A stretch of 44,144 bases of DNA from Caldilineae bacterium (GTDB lineage: Bacteria > Chloroflexota > Anaerolineae > DTLA01): positions 1 to 44,144 of the forward strand of contig JBBIHX010000009.1 of NCBI GenBank assembly GCA_037446815.1, read 5' to 3'. The notes beneath the pieces are model-generated. The model searched no databases. It was not told the DNA's origin and saw only the letters and a program-made list of their open reading frames with translations. Shown here piece by piece: positions 38,601-44,144 of this stretch. The translations under genes were made by a program, and so were the position numbers. Within the stretch, counting starts at the first letter, position 1, and the number at the start of each line of letters is the position of its first letter.

Positions 38601-39737
38601 CTACAGGCGCATTACGGTACCGCAGTACTCACACTTCACGCTCTGCATGCCTTTGACGATGGGGACGGTGAGGGTGGCCCCGCAGCCGCTGCACTTCATC
38701 ACCCTGGGTTCCGCGGGTTGCGCGGGTTGCTCAACCGCCGCGCCGGCAACGCGATCCTTGTCGGCGTCGCCAGTGATGATGCGCGTGATGAGTCCCTTCC
38801 ACTCTTCTGCATCGCCGCGAAGGCTGAGCAGGACCTGCGGATAGGGCGCGGGTGGACAGGTCAGGGCCACCTTGACCACCGGCTTCTTGAATAGCCCGCC
38901 GGTGCGCTCTATGGATACGCTCTCCACCGAGCCGATGGGGGCCTCAAACTGCGTCTCCCGCACGAGTTTCTTCTCGGTGAAGATGAGCAGTTTGCGCTTG
39001 GTAACGACCTCTTCTTTGCGCTCAAACACCACGCGGTGGTCGGTGATGAACAGCAGGCCCTTGCGTTCGTCATCTTTGCCGCGAAGCCACTCGGCGTGCG
39101 CCATGGCCACCGGCGCTTCGCCCGGCAGGAGGCGGAAGGTGGCTGCGTCCAGTTCGTCCAGCATGGCCTCGGCATCGGAGATAATCTTGTCGGCCTTGCG
39201 GATGCCCTCCGTCGCGGAGGAGAGCGTTCCCCGCAGCGTAGTCTCCGCGGCGCGGACCTCGCTCTTGAAGTTTTCCAGCGTGGCCTGCGAGCGCTGGAGG
39301 CGCTCCGAGACCTGGGCCACAGGCAGGCTCATGAAGGCGCGGCCGCCGCTGACCTCTTCCTGCACCCTGACCATGGAAACGGCGAGACGTTGGTACTCGC
39401 GCTCAACGGATGCGACGATCTGCGGTTTGAAGGTCTCCCAGTTGCGGGCAAGCCGCTCCAGTTCCTGCTCCAGCGTCGCGTGGAACTGGAACCCGCGAGC
39501 CCGTATGCGCTGCAGGCGGTCGGGCAGGGCGGCGAGTTGCGCGGAGGCTTGCTCCACTTCGCTGCGAATGCTGGCCATTCGGGCGTCGTCATAAAGGCTG
39601 GCGAGGTCGCGCTCCAGGCTCTCCTGCTTGCGGACGAGGGCTTGTCGGGCTTCCGCCTCATTTGTCGCGGCAGAGGCCGACGCGGACAGGCCGGCGCTGC
39701 TCTTGGCTCCGCCGTGGGGATCTTTCTCAACTGGCAT
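38601..39737 (-). CDS. Hypothetical protein: coiled coil + PH/GRAM-like beta domain + C-terminal zinc ribbon
   Basis: Heptad-rich N-terminus, [19 protein letters not shown]…CEYCG. Confidence 0.75.
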   Translation of the reverse strand: MPVEKDPHGGAKSSAGLSASASAATNEAEARQALVRKQESLERDLASLYDDARMASIRSEVEQASAQLAALPDRLQRIRARGFQFHATLEQELERLARNWETFKPQIVASVEREYQRLAVSMVRVQEEVSGGRAFMSLPVAQVSERLQRSQATLENFKSEVRAAETTLRGTLSSATEGIRKADKIISDAEAMLDELDAATFRLLPGEAPVAMAHAEWLRGKDDERKGLLFITDHRVVFERKEEVVTKRKLLIFTEKKLVRETQFEAPIGSVESVSIERTGGLFKKPVVKVALTCPPAPYPQVLLSLRGDAEEWKGLITRIITGDADKDRVAGAAVEQPAQPAEPRVMKCSGCGATLTVPIVKGMQSVKCEYCGTVMRL

Positions 39738-39748
39738 TGCGGCTCTCC

Positions 39749-40865
39749 TTAGTCGCTTGCTTGGGCCGGCTCCTGAAGGCTCTGCTTCAGGTAGGCGATC
39801 ATCAAGTCGGTGATGTCGCCATCCAGCACGCCGTCTACATTGCCGACTTCAACTTCGGTACGGTGATCCTTGACCATGTGATAGGGGTGGAGCACGTAGG
39901 AGCGAATCTGATTGCCCCAGCCGGCCTCCACATGCTTGCCCTTGAGGCGCGCCTGCTCTTCTTCGCGCTTCTGCATCTCCAAGTCCCACAGGCGCGCGCG
40001 GAGGATGCGCATGGCGACTTCCTTGTTCTGCAACTGGGAGCGCTCGTTCTGGCAGGCCACGACGATGCCCGTGGGCAAGTGGGTGATGCGTACGGCGGTG
40101 GAGTTCTTCTGCACGTTCTGCCCACCGGCTCCCGACGATCGGAAGACGTCAATGCGCAGGTCGTCGGGGTTGATCTCTACTTCCACGTCCTCTTTCAAAT
40201 CCGGCACGACTTCCACCAGGGCGAAGGAGGTGTGCCGACGGTGGGCCGCGTCAAAGGGCGAGAGGCGAACCAGGCGATGGACGCCCTTCTCTGCCTTGAG
40301 GTAGCCGTATGCGTAGTCGCCGGACACCAGGACAGTGGCGCTCTTGATTCCGGCCTCTTCGCCCTCCATGAAGTCCAGGACCTGGGTCTTGAAACCTTGG
40401 CGCTCGGCCCAGCGCAGGTACATGCGCAGGAGCATCTGCGCCCAGTCCTGCGAGTCCGTGCCGCCCGCGCCGGCGTGGACGGACAGCAGCGCGTCGGATC
40501 GGTCATATTCGCCGGCGAAGAGCAACAGGAATTCCTTCTCCTCCAGCCTCTGGGCCAGGCGCTCCGCCTCTTCGGCTACCTGCTGCAGGGTGGTTTCGTC
40601 TTCGTCCTCCGCGGCTAGGTCGTACAGGCCGAGCAGGTCGGCAGCGTGGGATTCCGCATAGCGCCACCAGGCGGTTTCCTCGCGCAAGTCATTGAGCCGC
40701 TGCATCTTCTTTCTGGCTACGGTCGGGTCGTCCCAGAAGTCGGGTGCTTCCGACTCTTTGGTCAGCCGGTCAATCTCCTTCTCCTTGCCTGGGATGTCAA
40801 AGACGCTCCATGAGTTCGTGGATGCGCTGGGACATGTCAGTTAGTTTGGACTTCAGGTCTTCCAT
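39749..40865 (-). CDS. prfB: Peptide chain release factor 2 with programmed +1 frameshift
   Basis: SPF and GGQ motifs; 22-codon first ORF ending GGAG-cgt-CTT-TGA-C (site 40796-40802). Confidence 0.97.
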
Positions 40866-40918
40866 TGTCTGATTCACTCCTGATAACGGCCGGTGTTTGG
40901 CTATCGGCCGTTGCATGA

Positions 40919-41836
40919 CTATCCGTGGGTTTCGGCGAAGAGGCCGCTCACGAATCGCTCGGGGTCAAAGACGGCAAAGTCGTCCGGCTTCTCGCCGAGG
41001 CCCACGAAGCGAACGGGCAACCCCAGTTCCTTGGCGATGCTGAGGACAACGCCGCCTTTGGCGGTGCCGTCCAGTTTGGCCACGATGACGCCGGTAACGT
41101 CCACGGCGTCCTTGAAGTGCTTGGCCTGGGCGAGGGCATTCTGTCCGGTTGTCGCATCCAGCACGAGCAGCGTTTCGTGGGGCGCTTGGTGGGCCTGCTT
41201 CGCGGCGACGTTCCGTATTTTGCGCAGTTCGTCCATCAGGTTGTGCTTGGTGTGGAGCCGCCCTGCCGTGTCCACGATGAGCATGTCGGCTCCGCGGGAG
41301 CGGCAGGCTTGGATGGCGTCAAAGACGACCGCGCCCGGATCGCTTCCCGGCTGCTGGGCGATGACCTCCACGCCGATGCGCTGCCCCCACAGTTTCAGTT
41401 GGTCTATGGCCGCGGCGCGGAATGTGTCCGCCGCCGCCAGCATCACCTTTCGCCCTTGCCGCTGGTAGTGGCGGGCGAGTTTGGCGATGCTGGTGGTCTT
41501 GCCGGAACCGTTCACGCCTACGATGAGGATGACCGTGAGCAACCTGCCGCTATCGTTGAGCGGCGCGGGAACGGTCAAGGAGCGGATCATCTCCGCCTTG
41601 AGCAGGTTCAGCACATCCTGACGCGTGCGGGCCCCTCGCGCCTTCGCCTGCGCCTGGACGCGATCCAGGATGTCGGCCGTGGCGGGTAGCCCCACATCCG
41701 CCTGGATGAGCAGGGCCTCCAGTTCGTCCCACAAGTCGGCGGTGATGTCGCCGCCGCGCAACAGCGCGCCGACGCGGGTGAATATGCTTTGGCGGGTTTT
41801 GGCTAACCCCTGCGTCCACAGCGTTTCGCCAGCCAC
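40919..41836 (-). CDS. ftsY: Signal recognition particle receptor FtsY (NG domain only)
   Basis: [33 protein letters not shown] start after GGAGG. Confidence 0.95.
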   Translation of the reverse strand: MAGETLWTQGLAKTRQSIFTRVGALLRGGDITADLWDELEALLIQADVGLPATADILDRVQAQAKARGARTRQDVLNLLKAEMIRSLTVPAPLNDSGRLLTVILIVGVNGSGKTTSIAKLARHYQRQGRKVMLAAADTFRAAAIDQLKLWGQRIGVEVIAQQPGSDPGAVVFDAIQACRSRGADMLIVDTAGRLHTKHNLMDELRKIRNVAAKQAHQAPHETLLVLDATTGQNALAQAKHFKDAVDVTGVIVAKLDGTAKGGVVLSIAKELGLPVRFVGLGEKPDDFAVFDPERFVSGLFAETHG

Positions 41837-41926
41837 ACACTCCTCCAGATACAACGGGAATCTTACAACATGCATTATACGGCAATCGGCAACGCTGGCA
41901 AAGTGGCGTGAGGGGGCAGCGCGGCG

Positions 41927-42358
41927 CTACAGGGCGGAATCGGAAAGCCGAAGGGCGTGGAAAGCATCCACGGTGGAGGGTGCGCGCTGGCGGCGCAGCA
42001 GGGCGCGAATGCGCGCCTGGAGTTCGGCGGGGTCTGTGTCCTGGGGTAGCACGAGGTCGGCCCCTGCCCCGAGCATCTCAACGGTTGCGTCGCTGGACGG
42101 GTGGGCGCTCAGGACGATGATGGGCGCGGTTGTGTGGGCGCGCGCCGCCGCGCATGCAGCAGAATCGCCCGGCCAGCCCGCTACAAGGATCAGGTCATCC
42201 TCGCAGGTGATTCGGTCGGCAGCCGAGATCCACCGCGGGGAATTCGGCAGGGCCAGTACCTCGCCAAGCTGTGTGGCTGACTTCTTCGTCGGCGCAAGGA
42301 TGCAGACTTGTGCGCGATCCAGCAACACTTGGGGGCTCCCAATTTCTGTTGAAGCCAT
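41927..42358 (-). CDS. Degenerate (pseudo-)receiver domain protein
   Basis: PIIVLSA…LGAGAD…ELQARIRALLRR resembles an OmpR-type receiver; the phospho-Asp and conserved Lys are not apparent. Confidence 0.55.
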   Translation of the reverse strand: MASTEIGSPQVLLDRAQVCILAPTKKSATQLGEVLALPNSPRWISAADRITCEDDLILVAGWPGDSAACAAARAHTTAPIIVLSAHPSSDATVEMLGAGADLVLPQDTDPAELQARIRALLRRQRAPSTVDAFHALRLSDSAL

Positions 42359-42382
42359 TATAAACGCAGTTCTGTCTTGTTG

Positions 42383-42426
42383 GGGTAGATTTTGGTTGGA
42401 GAATGGTTTGAAAACGGTTAGAGTTT
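42383..42426. repeat. Four tandem 11-bp units (GGTTAGA-N4 consensus), probable regulator binding array
   Basis: GGGTAGATTTT/GGTTGGAGAAT/GGTTTGAAAAC/GGTTAGAGTTT. Confidence 0.6.
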
Positions 42427-42447
42427 GTCCAAAGCGGTGCAAACCTA

Positions 42448-42476
42448 TAGACATGGCGCCCTTTCCGGTTTAGAAT
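42448..42476 (+). promoter_or_regulatory. Putative promoter of the adhesin gene
   Basis: TAGACA-17 nt-TAGAAT. Confidence 0.5.
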
Positions 42477-42630
42477 GGAGGCAAAGGTAGGATTGCGGAG
42501 ACCACTGATTCCCCCCACAGTGGAATAGAGGTGGTTCGGTTTGCGTTGTCTAGGTCTTGATGCTCGCAGGCCGGCCCTCTCAGGTCTATGCCATGAGTCC
42601 GGATTGCCTAATGCGTGAGGAGGAGACGGC

Positions 42631-44144
42631 ATGATGAGCACGAAGCATCGTATTCCCCGCGGCGTCACTCTATTCTTGTTCGTCGTGTTGGCGGCCGTGA
42701 CTGCCATCGTAGTGCCTATGGCTTTGCGGGCATCTACGGCCACACCGACGGGGACGAAGACAGGGCAGTCGCTGTATGTGGAGTGCCTGTCGGGGAGCTA
42801 TTGGGTGGGGACGTTCAATGCGACGATAGACGGCGCCCCCAGCGAGGTCTACTGCATAGATACGAATCACAACATCTGTTACAATCAGACGTACCAGCAG
42901 GGGCCCAACCTGGTAGATAGCCGCGTGGTATGGATCCTCAACAATTTCTACCCCACCGTTCCAAGCCAACCCAGCGACCTGTCCACGAATAAGGATCGGG
43001 CGTCGGCCGTCCAGTTGGCCATTTGGTATTTCACCGACGGCTGCACATTCCCTGACACAGGGAATGGTACCATCAAGGGCGAGGCTTGGGACATCATAGA
43101 GGCGGCTCAAAGCCAGTCGGTGCCTCATACCCCGACCGCGCTGACCCTGACGCCAGCGTCGGAGACGAACTATCTTCCCCAGGAGACCACTCACACGGTA
43201 ATCGCCGAACTGAAGGACGAGTCCGGCGGACTGATGAACGGATATGTGGTAACGTTCACGGTCAAGCGCGATGGCGCTACCATCGCGACGGGTTCCAGTA
43301 CGACCGGCTCGGCAGGCACGGGCAAAGCATCCTTCACCTATACGAATCCGGGCGGCTCGGGCCAGGATACGATTACGGCCGAGGTTACATACACCATTCC
43401 GGTGGGGCTCAACTGGGTCCGCGACGGCTGTCAACGCTTGATTATGGCGAAGCAGGCGCCGGGGAAGGTTACGGCCGAGGCCACGAAGAACTGGTGGGAT
43501 CGCAGTTCGCTGGTGTTCATTGACCAGGGGAACGACTGCTACGTGGTGTGGGCGACGGTGAAGAATGACGGCGGAGGCGACATGCTCTCCGCAACGCAGT
43601 GGAAGTTGTTCTACTCGCCCTCCGGCGACCCCAAGAGCGGGACAGTGGTCGCCAGCGGCACCCTGGGGCCTCTCGCTTCGGGAGAGTCCACGACGATTAC
43701 GGTGCCCGTGTCCCAGGCGGGCAACTACATATTCTGGGCCGCGCAGGTGGCCGGGCATCCGGGCACCGGCGTCTTGTGGTCTCAGCAGATCGTCTTCGTC
43801 ATCTGCCCGCCGTGTGATGTGGAAGTTACCATCAACGGCGGCGAGTTGAACTGCAACGTCTCCTCTGTCCTAATCACAGCCAACGTTACGGGCGGCACTG
43901 CGCCGTTCACCTACACCTGGTACAAGAACGGCACAGTCATTCCTGGGGCGACGGGCAGCACGTACACAGCTACCAGCGTGGGCACGTACAAGGTCAAGGT
44001 AGTGGACAAGTACGGCTGTGAGGACACATCCAACGAAGCGCAGGTAACCTCGGTGCCTGACCCGCAGGTGTCGGTAACGCCGACGGGCGGGGAGTTGAAC
44101 TGCAACGTGGCGTCGGTGCTGCTGACGGCGAACGTGACGGGTGG
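42631..44144 (+). CDS. Secreted surface protein (partial): signal peptide, thioester (TED) domain, Ig-like, TapA-like domain, ~83-aa SprB/PKD-like repeats
   Basis: Absent from the ORF track because it runs off the window; RBS GAGGAGG; VYCID…VQLAIW…CQRLI; WDRSSL…GHPG…LWS; GGELNCNV repeated at 43837 and 44086. Confidence 0.85.
   Translation, partial: MMSTKHRIPRGVTLFLFVVLAAVTAIVVPMALRASTATPTGTKTGQSLYVECLSGSYWVGTFNATIDGAPSEVYCIDTNHNICYNQTYQQGPNLVDSRVVWILNNFYPTVPSQPSDLSTNKDRASAVQLAIWYFTDGCTFPDTGNGTIKGEAWDIIEAAQSQSVPHTPTALTLTPASETNYLPQETTHTVIAELKDESGGLMNGYVVTFTVKRDGATIATGSSTTGSAGTGKASFTYTNPGGSGQDTITAEVTYTIPVGLNWVRDGCQRLIMAKQAPGKVTAEATKNWWDRSSLVFIDQGNDCYVVWATVKNDGGGDMLSATQWKLFYSPSGDPKSGTVVASGTLGPLASGESTTITVPVSQAGNYIFWAAQVAGHPGTGVLWSQQIVFVICPPCDVEVTINGGELNCNVSSVLITANVTGGTAPFTYTWYKNGTVIPGATGSTYTATSVGTYKVKVVDKYGCEDTSNEAQVTSVPDPQVSVTPTGGELNCNVASVLLTANVTG

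Noticed and set aside
42480..42625. c-di-GMP riboswitch upstream of the adhesin
   Set aside because: Hairpins exist, but I could not match the conserved GEMM motifs; an Rfam scan would settle it.

Overview
High-GC bacterial chromosomal window from an anaerobe; the gene content suggests a Chloroflexota/Anaerolineae-like organism (inference). It carries housekeeping genes (rnj, type IIA topoisomerase A subunit, prfB with its +1 frameshift, ftsY, mgtE), a non-pyrrolysine MttB methyltransferase/corrinoid/IclR locus, a CoA-transferase pair, larEBC, and a 12-kb hdrA-mvhD-hdrL-mvhD-metV-metF-hdrCB operon. Main discovery: a compact operon at 32570-33770, fragmented or missed by the ORF track, with four consecutive genes that each contain a candidate Sec UGA followed by a SECIS-like hairpin. 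They encode a membrane-anchored UxxC thioredoxin, an FmdB zinc ribbon with a C-terminal Sec, a YuzD-like protein and a 50-aa membrane peptide, and sit behind a CsoR/CstR-type operator. A fifth candidate selenoprotein is the second MvhD. The window also holds six copies of a ~150-210 bp MITE with 8-bp target-site duplications that carries REP-like palindromes, and the 5' part of a secreted thioester-domain + TapA-like adhesin. All product calls come from motif recognition; no database search was run.
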